DNA from: Candidatus Pullichristensenella stercorigallinarum
GTDB lineage: Bacteria > Bacillota > Clostridia > Christensenellales > Aristaeellaceae
Assembly: GCA_018712945.1 (NCBI GenBank)
Contig: DVFZ01000085.1
Location: 3,034-67,033, forward strand
Length of the DNA: 64,000 nt
Direction of reading: 5' to 3'
Shown here one piece after another: positions 26,768 to 36,422 of the stretch (position 1 is the stretch's first letter; each line of letters opens with the position of its first letter). The notes under the pieces were generated by a model that ran no database searches, was not told where the DNA came from, and worked only from the letters and a program-made list of their open reading frames with translations. Position numbers and translations under genes: made by a program.

Positions 26768-26815
26768 ACTCCAAACGGCGGTGGAAACAATTGTTTCACA
26801 GCCGCCGTTTGGAGT
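26768..26815. terminator. very strong hairpin downstream of the minus-strand lipoprotein operon
   Basis: 13-bp perfect stem CTCCAAACGGCGG/CCGCCGTTTGGAG extended by GAAACAA/TTGTTTC. No clear U-tract on either strand. Confidence 0.45.
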
Positions 26816-26853
26816 GGTCGAAAATCGCGAAACAACGGCTTTCAGAATCGCAT

Positions 26854-27513
26854 TCATTCGTTTACAAACTCAATGTTGACGTCGCCGTTGTTGCTGGAAA
26901 CATTCAGCGTTTTTTCTCCGCTATCTTTATTGTCCGGCAAATTGCTCTCACCTTTTTTGATTTCTGTTTGAATGGCAAAATCGTCATAGCTTCCAACAAC
27001 CGTTCCCGAAATATCCCCGTTTTTGACGGTCAGGGACAGGGCGCTGCCTACATCCAGATTTTCAAAGGAAATACTCCCGCCATTGGAAGAAATATTTATG
27101 CTTCCAGTCACGGCCAATGCGGAAAGGGTTATATCCTCATTTGTCGTGGATAGCGTAAGGTTTTCCAAAAGCCCGTTCGGGATCTGCAACGATATTTTCC
27201 GATCTTCGGCAGCGGGTTTGAAACCAATATAATCCGTCCACGATTTATTGCTTGCGCTAGTCATCGTCAACACATTTTCGTCAGAAACGGAAATATCATA
27301 GTATTCCTTGCTGTTTTCAGAATACTGAATATGGACTTGTTCGTCCTCGGACAACGACACTTTAATTTCTCGATCCTCTACGTCAAGATTGATTCCGACA
27401 ATCTGTACATCGGGCGTATAGCTTTTTTCCTCAAATGACTCGCTGCTCGAACAACCCGACAAAATGAAGACGAACGACACAAGGCACAAAGCAAGCAAAA
27501 CGATTTTTTTCAT
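26854..27513 (-). CDS. DUF4097-like beta-strand-repeat lipoprotein
   Basis: ATG after GGAGGG. Lipobox signal MKKIVLLALCLVSFVFILSGC. Repetitive G-D/N-I/V beta-strand pattern (NGGSISFENL, KNGDISGTV, NNGDVNIEF). Confidence 0.75.
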   Translation of the reverse strand: MKKIVLLALCLVSFVFILSGCSSSESFEEKSYTPDVQIVGINLDVEDREIKVSLSEDEQVHIQYSENSKEYYDISVSDENVLTMTSASNKSWTDYIGFKPAAEDRKISLQIPNGLLENLTLSTTNEDITLSALAVTGSINISSNGGSISFENLDVGSALSLTVKNGDISGTVVGSYDDFAIQTEIKKGESNLPDNKDSGEKTLNVSSNNGDVNIEFVNE

Positions 27514-27544
27514 GGTGATCCCTCCATAGTTTTGTTGATTGGGT

Positions 27545-27994
27545 TTACAGTTCCAACGCATAGCGGCATTTCGTTTGATCAATCTTTTCGCTGAAGTGAA
27601 AGCCGGCAGAAAGATATAGGCCTTTTGCATGCTCGTTTGCGTTGTCGATAATCAAGGCGACTTTTTTTACGCCTTGAATTTTCAGGCCCCGCAAGATATG
27701 CTCCAAAGCTTCTTGCTCAAGCCCTTTGTGCTGGAATCTGTCATCTACCATAAAGCGGTAAATGGTTGCCGTATCCGTTTGATTTTCTGCGCGCTGATAC
27801 ATAAAGAAACCGATGAGCGCATTGTTGTTATAGATTGCATTGGGGTGCATTTCTGCATTGTACTTTGTTTCCGCGATGGAAATTGCGTTGCAGCAAGAAC
27901 AGCTCTCCCTGGTCGTGCCAATGCGATCCTGATTTGTTGACAATTCGCATACATCCAATATATTTTGCGCGTCAACTGCTTTGATTCGTATCAT
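27545..27994 (-). CDS. GNAT family N-acetyltransferase (diamine/SpeG-like size)
   Basis: 149 aa. Motif A RFMVDDRFQHKGLEQEAL, C-terminal GLYLSAGFHF. Confidence 0.8.
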   Translation of the reverse strand: MIRIKAVDAQNILDVCELSTNQDRIGTTRESCSCCNAISIAETKYNAEMHPNAIYNNNALIGFFMYQRAENQTDTATIYRFMVDDRFQHKGLEQEALEHILRGLKIQGVKKVALIIDNANEHAKGLYLSAGFHFSEKIDQTKCRYALEL

Positions 27995-28009
27995 GGCAAT
28001 CCCTCAGAT

Positions 28010-28657
28010 CTATAAAGTCTTTTTCTTTAAGACCGCAATCCCTCCGATGGATAATGCGGCGCTTAGTAGCAGACAGATGCCGATATGCAACGCGGCATTG
28101 CTGTTGAGCATGATAATCTGGAAAAACCCGGTCAGGATTGCGCGCAATGGCGCAATTGGCGTAAAAACGCAGATGATTGCGACGAGCACCGCGTCGGCCA
28201 GCCAGCCATACCAATGCGCTTGCATGGATAACAGCATATGCAGAAAAACCATTACAAGCAGTAGAAAGAACATTTGCTGGAATCCGGCAACGAGCATCCC
28301 GTTTTCCGTCCATTTGCACACATCCATCATATTGACCACTGTTTGCGCCGAATATGCGGGATCAATCCATAGATGTATTCCTGTGTTGACAAGGGAAATA
28401 CAAAGTGCCAGAATCCCATAGCTGATTAGGCAACCGATAAAGTAATCCTTTTTGCTCGCCCCCAAATGCATCAACTTCGAGAAATCATAAAACACAAAAA
28501 AGAATGGGGTCAGGGTGGCAAGCAGCCAGGTATAGTTTCCGTTGCTTAAAACAGTTTCGCCGGAAGATGTGGCGCAAAATACCGCAAGAGCCGTAATGAT
28601 GAAGCTAATTTTATTGCTTGCGAGCAAGCGTTTTACGATTGCAAAAATAGCGGTCAT
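28010..28657 (-). CDS. multi-pass membrane protein, presumed permease partner of the adjacent ABC ATPase
   Basis: About 6 hydrophobic segments. 4-bp overlap with the ATPase gene stop. No recognisable family motif. Confidence 0.65.
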   Translation of the reverse strand: MTAIFAIVKRLLASNKISFIITALAVFCATSSGETVLSNGNYTWLLATLTPFFFVFYDFSKLMHLGASKKDYFIGCLISYGILALCISLVNTGIHLWIDPAYSAQTVVNMMDVCKWTENGMLVAGFQQMFFLLLVMVFLHMLLSMQAHWYGWLADAVLVAIICVFTPIAPLRAILTGFFQIIMLNSNAALHIGICLLLSAALSIGGIAVLKKKTL

Positions 28658-29505
28658 TTTGTTGTCCCTCCCTTATGTCCAACCATTTGAACAAAGAAAT
28701 CCTGCAAAGTCAGCGGATGAATTTCCAATGAAGCAGTCTGCTTTGGCGGGTTGTCGAAGATATATCTTGTTACAAGGCCTCCGGCGGCATCTTGACCGAT
28801 GACATTTAGATTTCGGGTTGCAGCTTCCACGTCTTTTTGAAGTCCGCTGATGCTGAATGCTTTTGTTTCAACCGAGTGCAATGTGCCAAAGAAGCGGACG
28901 CTTCCTTTATCAATAATCATCAGCTTTTGAATCGTTTTGGCGATTTCTTCGATGATGTGGGTGGATACGATAATAATTCGCGGGTGTTTCTGAAAGCTCT
29001 CCGTCAGCATATTGTAAAACTCCACGCGCATGATTGCGTCGAAGCCAAGGACGGGCTCGTCCAGAAGAATGACCTTTTTATTGCTCGCCAAACAGATGAT
29101 CGTTGAAACCATCGTTTTCATGCCCAACGAAAGATGGTTAAACTTTTTCTTCTCCTCCAATTCAAAGCGTTCCATCATTTCCGAAGCAAAGTCATAATCG
29201 TAGTTGGGGTTTACTTCTGAAGCAATTTTCAGCAGCTTCCGTACCGGAAGATTAAAATGCTTCGCAAAGTTTTCAATGTAGCTGACGCCAGGATCCAAAG
29301 CGGAGGTGGTGATCTTCTTGCCGTCTACTTGAATCGTGCCGCTTGTAATGTTTTGATACCCCGCGATTGATTTGAGAAGCGTTGTTTTGCCTGCGCCATT
29401 TCGGCCGAGCAAACAATAGATTCCCGGTTCGTCAATAGAAAGGGTTATGTTTTTCAGCACGGTTGCTTGCCCGTACTGCTTTGTTACCTGCTTGAGCTCT
29501 ATCAT
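28654..29505 (-). CDS. ABC transporter ATP-binding protein with C-terminal accessory domain
   Basis: ATG at 29505 after AGGAGGAA. Walker A GRNGAGKTT, signature LSLGMK, Walker B ILLDEP. Confidence 0.9.
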   Translation of the reverse strand: MIELKQVTKQYGQATVLKNITLSIDEPGIYCLLGRNGAGKTTLLKSIAGYQNITSGTIQVDGKKITTSALDPGVSYIENFAKHFNLPVRKLLKIASEVNPNYDYDFASEMMERFELEEKKKFNHLSLGMKTMVSTIICLASNKKVILLDEPVLGFDAIMRVEFYNMLTESFQKHPRIIIVSTHIIEEIAKTIQKLMIIDKGSVRFFGTLHSVETKAFSISGLQKDVEAATRNLNVIGQDAAGGLVTRYIFDNPPKQTASLEIHPLTLQDFFVQMVGHKGGTTK

Positions 29506-29541
29506 GCAGCCATTCCTCCTAAACAGTATAGCCAACGCCTA

Positions 29542-29570
29542 TTGCTTTTCGCAATGCCCTGTGCTAGAAT
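29542..29570 (+). promoter_or_regulatory. promoter of the merR-family gene
   Basis: TTGCTT (29542-29547), 17 nt, then TGC-TAGAAT (29565-29570). Confidence 0.55.
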
Positions 29571-29572
29571 GG

Positions 29573-29603
29573 ATTATAAACCTTTGTGTTACACAAAGGT
29601 CAA
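29573..29603 (-). promoter_or_regulatory. MerR-type activatable promoter with operator palindrome (drives the ABC/GNAT/lipoprotein operon)
   Basis: The minus strand reads TTGACC-19 nt-TATAAT. The 19-nt spacer is filled by the perfect palindrome ACCTTTGTGT-T-ACACAAAGGT (29580-29600). Confidence 0.75.
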
Positions 29604-29618
29604 TAGGGGAAAAGAAAA

Positions 29619-30401
29619 ATGCAGAAATTTTTTTCAATTGGAGAAGCGGCAAAAGCTGTCCATACAACCGCCGAAACGCTGCGGCATTATGACCGCATCG
29701 GATTGGTGAAGCCAAGCAAAAAAGACGAATGGACGAATTACCGCTATTACACCGAACAGGATATCGTTCGGCTCAATACAGTGCGGGCCTTGCAGATGAT
29801 GGACCTGCCCTTGCAGGAGATAAAAAAGGTTCTGGAATATGATGACCTAGAAAAAATCGTGGATTTTCTGGCGCGGGCGGAAAAAAACGCCGATGAAAAA
29901 ATCGCGGCGCTTCAGTACAGCAAATCAAAAATCCAGTTGGCCAAGGCAGACTATGAAAGCAAATTGCTGATGCCCAAAAATCCCAACGGCGTTTTTGTCA
30001 AGGAGCTTCCCGAGCGTGTTATTTTGCTTTCAGACACCTTGGAAGTGCCAACGCTGGATAATCTTTGGAATTATCTTGAACACTTCTATGATAAAGTTAC
30101 GCCAGCCCTGAAAGAGCGGTTTGACTTTGAGGATTTGGCTGGCATATACACCGAAAACGGATTATCAAGGCTTTTCGCCGTTTGCGTTCGCTATGTGGAA
30201 ATAGATGGGTTAAAGGTATTGCCAAAGGGAAAGTATCTGTGCATGAACTGCACTGAGGAGAACAGAGCACAAACGTTGCGCGAGTTACTACAGATCGCTC
30301 AAACAGAATATGGCGTTGAGCCTGCATTTACCGTACAGATGATTGTTGTATCCGGTATTTTGCACTGGAATTATGAGGCGCAGGTTTTTGTTGATGGATA
30401 A
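29619..30401 (+). CDS. MerR family transcriptional regulator with GyrI-like effector-binding domain (BmrR-like)
   Basis: N-terminal HTH FSIGEAAKAVHTTAETLRHYDRIGLVKP...YRYY, a coiled-coil linker, and a C-terminal domain of about 150 aa. Confidence 0.9.
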   Translation: MQKFFSIGEAAKAVHTTAETLRHYDRIGLVKPSKKDEWTNYRYYTEQDIVRLNTVRALQMMDLPLQEIKKVLEYDDLEKIVDFLARAEKNADEKIAALQYSKSKIQLAKADYESKLLMPKNPNGVFVKELPERVILLSDTLEVPTLDNLWNYLEHFYDKVTPALKERFDFEDLAGIYTENGLSRLFAVCVRYVEIDGLKVLPKGKYLCMNCTEENRAQTLRELLQIAQTEYGVEPAFTVQMIVVSGILHWNYEAQVFVDG

Positions 30402-30415
30402 AGCGCATTAAACCC

Positions 30416-30466
30416 ACGGCACTTTTATCAACGCTTCTTTTATCAGCGCTTCTTTTATCAGCGCTC
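30416..30466. repeat. 15-bp tandem repeat, about 3.3 copies
   Basis: acggcaCTTTTATCA / acgcttCTTTTATCA / gcgcttCTTTTATCA / gcgctc, between two convergent stops. Confidence 0.8.
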
Positions 30467-30890
30467 AAGAAGGCCGCCGCCGCTTTCGCCGGCGCGCGGG
30501 TCCGCCGCGCAGGCGGATCAGAAACGGCGGCGCAATGGTGAGGATGGCAGTGAGCGCAAAGGATATGCGCCCGGCATTCGCCAGGGTAAGCGACTGCGGC
30601 AGGAAAAACGAGAGGGAGGAGACGGCGAACGCTGACAGAGCGGCGGCAACGTCCGCCAGGAAAAAGATATACAGCCACAGCAGCCGTTCCTGGCGAAACC
30701 TGCGCGCATAGCCAAGAAAAAGAAACTTGCGCAACATACCGCGGCCAAATTCGACGGAGAAAACGCTGCGGTCGCGCGCAAAGCGCAGGCGCGTGACGAA
30801 GAAGCGCCGCGAGACCATCACGATGGCGGCAAAAAACAGGGCGTTGAAGGCGCATCCGCCAATGCGCCCGATCATCATGCCATTTTCCAT
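30465..30890 (-). CDS. small multi-pass membrane protein, paralogue of the upstream gene, with an Arg-rich tail
   Basis: ATG at 30890 is 8 nt after AGGAAAGG, in a TGAcATG junction with the upstream gene. Hydrophobic segments plus the shared F.F.GY..RF...R..W.Y..F pattern. Confidence 0.55.
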   Translation of the reverse strand: MENGMMIGRIGGCAFNALFFAAIVMVSRRFFVTRLRFARDRSVFSVEFGRGMLRKFLFLGYARRFRQERLLWLYIFFLADVAAALSAFAVSSLSFFLPQSLTLANAGRISFALTAILTIAPPFLIRLRGGPARRRKRRRPS

Positions 30891-30891
30891 G

Positions 30892-31305
30892 TCAACCGCC
30901 TTTCCTGCGCCATTTGCGCGTGTCGGGCCAAAAGAGCTGCAGGCAAGACAGCAGGCAGCAGATGAGAAAGACCGCGTAGTGAACCTGTTCCAGCACGGCA
31001 TTTCCGTGGAAAAAGATGCAAAACAAGTGCAGCAAAAAGCTCAGAGCACTGAAAGTTGCCGTCAATACAAAGACAACATAATGCCAAATCCAGCGCTTTT
31101 TGAACTGGTCTATGTAATTGAGCAGAAAAAATTGCCGGAAAAATGGTATCCTGCGCTTCGGCTTGTGGCGAAAGACGCGCTTGTGGGTGATGAAGACAAG
31201 TTCGACTTTCAAATCCATGCGCATGAAGAGGAGATTCAGGCAGCCGATTGCGAGAAGGATAAAGAGCAGCTCAATCTTCTCCGAAAGCGTTTTCCCGATC
31301 AGCAT
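30892..31305 (-). CDS. small multi-pass membrane protein of unknown family
   Basis: ATG 7 nt after GGAGGG and downstream of a consensus promoter. 137 aa with 3-4 hydrophobic segments. Confidence 0.6.
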   Translation of the reverse strand: MLIGKTLSEKIELLFILLAIGCLNLLFMRMDLKVELVFITHKRVFRHKPKRRIPFFRQFFLLNYIDQFKKRWIWHYVVFVLTATFSALSFLLHLFCIFFHGNAVLEQVHYAVFLICCLLSCLQLFWPDTRKWRRKGG

Positions 31306-31335
31306 CGCCGTTCCCTCCGCGCCTTTTCCCTCAGC

Positions 31336-31364
31336 AGTATAGCATACGCTTCCTTATATTTCAA
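31336..31364 (-). promoter_or_regulatory. sigma-A promoter for the membrane-protein pair
   Basis: Minus strand reads TTGAAA-17 nt-TGC-TATACT. Confidence 0.6.
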
Positions 31365-31376
31365 GCGCTCCACCAT

Positions 31377-31417
31377 GCAAAAAGCGCCGCGCGGCGTTTG
31401 GGCCGCACGGCGCTTTG
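31377..31417. terminator. bidirectional intrinsic terminator (gdhA side has TTTTT)
   Basis: 11-bp GC stem with one mismatch (31384-31413), flanked by AAAAA on the left and TTTG on the right. Confidence 0.7.
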
Positions 31418-31433
31418 CCTATCTTTCTTTCGA

Positions 31434-32820
<1,387 letters not shown>

Positions 32821-32889
32821 ACAAGAAGTACAGTGGTTTTTAACCGAATTTTTGATAAATTTCGGTTATTTTGAACGGTGTTTATGCAG

Positions 32890-33348
32890 TTACTTCTCTC
32901 CGGAGCGCTTTTTGACGGCTTTTCCGGCATGCAGGGCGTCCATGGCCAAAATGTATCCCTGATATCCAAATCCTGCAATTTGGCCAATGCAGACGGCTGC
33001 GGTTACAGAGCGGTGACGGAATTCCTCCCGGTTATGGATGTTGCTCAGATGCACCTCCACCGCTGGGATGGGCACGGATGCAAGCGCGTCGCGCAGGGCA
33101 TAAGAGTAGTGCGTCAGGGCGCCGGGGTTGATGATGATGCCATCATAGTTTTCCCGCCAGGCGCGTTGGATCTCGTCAATGAGCGCGCCTTCGTGGTTGC
33201 TCTGAAAACAGGTCAGATGATGCCCGCGGCTCTGCGCGGCCTTTTCCACCTGGGCCATCATCTCCTCGTAACCCGTCCGTCCGTAAATATCCGGTTCGCG
33301 CATGCCGGTCATATTCAGGTTCGGCCCGTTCAAAAGCATGATTTTCAT
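32890..33348 (-). CDS. aroQ: type II 3-dehydroquinate dehydratase
   Basis: [23 protein letters not shown], and [13 protein letters not shown]. Confidence 0.95.
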   Translation of the reverse strand: MKIMLLNGPNLNMTGMREPDIYGRTGYEEMMAQVEKAAQSRGHHLTCFQSNHEGALIDEIQRAWRENYDGIIINPGALTHYSYALRDALASVPIPAVEVHLSNIHNREEFRHRSVTAAVCIGQIAGFGYQGYILAMDALHAGKAVKKRSGEK

Positions 33349-33457
33349 GGCTTTGCCTCCTCAGACGTATGACAGATTTTTCTTTTTCAGTATAGCAAAA
33401 TGCACTCGAAAGCGCAACTGTTTGGATTTGCCAACTGCATCCTTGTATCGCAAAAGC

Positions 33458-33487
33458 GCATAATTCCCGTGCTGGCCTTGAATACTA
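33458..33487 (+). promoter_or_regulatory. forespore sigma (sigma-G/F-type) promoter candidate for spoVT
   Basis: GCATA-18 nt-AATACTA, compared with the remembered consensus GHATR-N17/18-CATnnTA. It lies 54 nt upstream of the ATG. Confidence 0.4.
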
Positions 33488-33540
33488 ACCATGGATTTGA
33501 AAAACCGAACCCGACAAAACATTCTGGAAGGAAGATTGCA

Positions 33541-34095
33541 ATGAGAGCGACAGGCATTGTGCGCAGAATCGACGAACTGGGGCGCGTCGTGATCCCCAAG
33601 GAGATCCGCCGCACACTCCGCATAAGAGAAGGCGATCCCCTGGAAATTTTTACCGATCATGATGGTGAGGTTGTGCTTAAAAAGTATTCGCCCATCGGCG
33701 AGATCGCCAATATTGCCAAGGACTATACCGATTCCCTGTATCGCACGCTTGGACACATTACCTGCATCTGCGACCGGGACGCGGTGGTGTCTGCCACTGG
33801 CGGCGCCAAGCGTGAACTGATCGAAAAGCCGCTCAGCGCAGAGGTGGAAAACATACTGCAAAGCCGTCAGATATCGGTGCTCAATCTGTCTGCCGGCGCG
33901 CGAATGATCCCCATCACCAACGACGACCACGCCGAAGCCTATACCGCCCAACTCATTGCGCCGATCCTTGCCGATGGTGAGATTATCGGCGGGCTGATGC
34001 TTTTGAGCCGCGATTCCGGCACCAGCATGGGCGAGGTGGATCAAAAGGTCGCGGAAACCACGACCAGCATCATTGCCAGGCAGATGGAGCAATAG
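33541..34095 (+). CDS. spoVT: stage V sporulation protein T (AbrB-family regulator)
   Basis: MRATGIVRRIDELGRVVIPKEIRRTLRIREGDPLEIF SpoVT/AbrB swapped-hairpin N-terminus plus a GAF-like C-terminal domain. Confidence 0.9.
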   Translation: MRATGIVRRIDELGRVVIPKEIRRTLRIREGDPLEIFTDHDGEVVLKKYSPIGEIANIAKDYTDSLYRTLGHITCICDRDAVVSATGGAKRELIEKPLSAEVENILQSRQISVLNLSAGARMIPITNDDHAEAYTAQLIAPILADGEIIGGLMLLSRDSGTSMGEVDQKVAETTTSIIARQMEQ

Positions 34096-34105
34096 CGCGG
34101 GCACG

Positions 34106-34134
34106 TTGCAAGAAAGCGGCAAATATGGTATAAT
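34106..34134 (+). promoter_or_regulatory. sigma-A promoter for the mazG/yabN gene
   Basis: TTGCAA-17 nt-TGG-TATAAT. Confidence 0.6.
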
Positions 34135-34166
34135 CCGGTCATGGTTTTTGCGGAGGAAATAAACAT

Positions 34167-35582
34167 ATGTCGCCAATTATCGTGATCGGATGCGGCTATC
34201 GCCGCGAACAACTTACGCTGGAGGCCGCTGAAGCGCTTAAAAGCGTGGATCGGGTAATCCTGCATACGCAGCGCTGCGGCCTCAAAGACTGGCTGGAGGA
34301 GCAGGGCGTCGGTTTTTCTTCGCTGGACGCCCTCTATGAAAGCGCGGAAGATTTCGATCAGCACGCGCTCCTGGCGGCGCAGGCTGTTCTGGAAGCCGCT
34401 CAAAACGGCAGCGTTGCCTATGCGGTATTCGACGTGCGCGATGTAAGCGTTGTCGAGCTGACGCGCATGGCGGGGGAAAATGTGCGCGTCATCGCCGGTC
34501 CGCCGGTGGAGGAGGGCCTTTGGGCCCTTGCTGTGGGCGCGACCGACTGTTGGGCGGCTTCGGAGTGGGAAACGTGCGCGCTGCACGCCGACCGCAACGC
34601 CTTGATCCGCGAACTGGACAGGCGGGAATTGGCCGCGGAGGTCAAGCTGCGGCTGATGGACTGCTACCCGGAGGAATCGGAAATCTATGTGCGCACCGGC
34701 GCGGGCGAAATTTTTAAAACCACGTTGGTGGAGCTGGATCGCCTGCCCGCCTACGACCACCGCCTCAGCGTCCTTGTGCCGGCGCAGCGGGAATTGACCA
34801 GGCTGGAACGCTACGGTTTTGACGAGCTTAACCGCGTCATACGCATCCTGCGCGCTCCGGGCGGATGCCCGTGGGATCGCAAACAGACGCACCAGACGCT
34901 GCGCACCAACCTCGTCGAGGAAGCCTACGAAGCCGTGGACGCCATCGACCGCGAGGACATGGACGCCCTTTACGACGAATTGGGAGATGTGCTTCTGCAA
35001 ATCGTGCTGCACGCCGAGATCGCCCGCGAGCACGGCGATTTCACCATTCAGGACGTGACAACCGCCATCACCCACAAAATGATCTTCCGCCATCAGCATG
35101 TTTTCGGAAGTGCCAAGGCAGATACGGCAGACGAGGTGCTTGATCTTTGGCAGAAAGTCAAAAAGGCCGAGCGCCATCAGGAAACGCAGGCGGAAGTGCT
35201 GCGCGGCGTTACAAAGAGCCTGCCGGCCCTGATGCGCGCCGAGAAGGTGCAAAAGCGCGCCGCGGATGTGGGCTTTGACTGGGAGAGCGCCCAGGCGGCG
35301 TTTTACAAGATTGGCGAGGAAGCGGAAGAGCTGTCCCGCGCTGTGGAGAACGCCTCTGGCGTCGAGGAGGAGGCGGGCGATCTGCTCTTTGCCGTGGTAA
35401 ACGTGCTCAGTCTGCTCAAGCTCGATCCCGAGATCGCCCTGAACCGCGCCACAGACAAATTTACCGCCCGGTTTGCCGAAATGGAGCGCCTGATTCTGGC
35501 AGATGGCAAAAAACTTGCCGGCATGACGCTTTCAGAGATGGACGCATATTGGGATCGCGTAAAATTGTCGGAAAATGGCTGA
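34167..35582 (+). CDS. mazG: YabN-type protein: tetrapyrrole-methylase-like domain fused to MazG nucleotide pyrophosphohydrolase
   Basis: 471 aa. Central GCPWDRKQTHQTLRTNLVEEAYEAVDAI and a second EEAEEL..E.GDLLF MazG repeat. spoVT-yabN synteny as in Bacillus. Confidence 0.85.
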   Translation: MSPIIVIGCGYRREQLTLEAAEALKSVDRVILHTQRCGLKDWLEEQGVGFSSLDALYESAEDFDQHALLAAQAVLEAAQNGSVAYAVFDVRDVSVVELTRMAGENVRVIAGPPVEEGLWALAVGATDCWAASEWETCALHADRNALIRELDRRELAAEVKLRLMDCYPEESEIYVRTGAGEIFKTTLVELDRLPAYDHRLSVLVPAQRELTRLERYGFDELNRVIRILRAPGGCPWDRKQTHQTLRTNLVEEAYEAVDAIDREDMDALYDELGDVLLQIVLHAEIAREHGDFTIQDVTTAITHKMIFRHQHVFGSAKADTADEVLDLWQKVKKAERHQETQAEVLRGVTKSLPALMRAEKVQKRAADVGFDWESAQAAFYKIGEEAEELSRAVENASGVEEEAGDLLFAVVNVLSLLKLDPEIALNRATDKFTARFAEMERLILADGKKLAGMTLSEMDAYWDRVKLSENG

Positions 35583-35720
35583 GGATAGCAGGAATTTGAT
35601 GCCCAGGCGCGAATTTTTGAAAAGTTAGGCATCATGACAAGGAAAGCATTGGCTTACCCGATGCCTTGGCTTGGATTCAAGGAGTTTTTCCTGATCCCAG
35701 AATATTTGGAGGTGGCACCA

Positions 35721-35990
35721 ATGAATAAGGTTACTCTCGTGGCGAAAATCGCGGAAAAGTCCGGACTTTCCAAGAAGCAGGCCGAGCTGGCGCTCGGCGC
35801 CTTCATCGACTCTGTTACCGAGGCGCTCAAAGAGGGCGACAAGGTGCAGATGATGGGCTTCGGCACTTTCGAGGTCAAGGAGCGCGCCGCCCGCACGGGA
35901 CGCAACCCCTCGACTGGCGAAACCATCGAAATCCCCGCCAGCAAGACGCCCACGTTCAAGGCCGGCAAGGCCCTGCGCGACGAGTTCTAA
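35721..35990 (+). CDS. hup: HU family DNA-binding protein
   Basis: [22 protein letters not shown]...[30 protein letters not shown]. Confidence 0.95.
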   Translation: MNKVTLVAKIAEKSGLSKKQAELALGAFIDSVTEALKEGDKVQMMGFGTFEVKERAARTGRNPSTGETIEIPASKTPTFKAGKALRDEF

Positions 35991-36122
35991 TTCGCTGGTC
36001 ACGGAAGGGGACGATTGTTCCCCAAGGCGCGACGCGGGGCATTTGCCGCCGCCCTTCGCGCGCGGAAATCCATGCATGGGGCTGCTTTTATAAGGCAGCC
36101 CTGTTTTGTGCAGGAGGCATCA

Positions 36123-36422
36123 ATGAGCAGAAAAGCGATGGAAGCAAAAAAGCCTGTGGAGCGCGTACAGGCCACTTCGATGCGGCTGGATAAATACCTG
36201 AAGGTATCGCGCATCATCAAACGCCGCAGCGTTGCCAACGACGCTTGCTCCACCGGCCATATCACCGTCAACGGCAAGGAGGCCAAACCGGGCACCGATG
36301 TGCGCGTTGGAGACGTGTTGGGCGTGCGCTTTGGCGAAAAGTATACCGAATACGAAGTGCTCTCCATCGGAGAGCATGCCTTGAAACAGGACGCGGCAGA
36401 TATGTACCGCGTAAGAACATGA
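36123..36422 (+). CDS. RNA-binding S4 domain protein (YabO-like)
   Basis: ATG after AGGAGG. S4 motif MRLDKYLKVSRIIKRRSVA...G.ITVNGK. Confidence 0.8.
   Translation: MSRKAMEAKKPVERVQATSMRLDKYLKVSRIIKRRSVANDACSTGHITVNGKEAKPGTDVRVGDVLGVRFGEKYTEYEVLSIGEHALKQDAADMYRVRT

Noticed and set aside
26781-26800. parS-like palindrome (GGAAACAATTGTTTCACA) inside the 26768-26815 hairpin
   Set aside because: The half-sites are in the opposite arrangement from the parS consensus TGTTNCAC-GTGAAACA. It fits better as the apical part of a long terminator-type stem.
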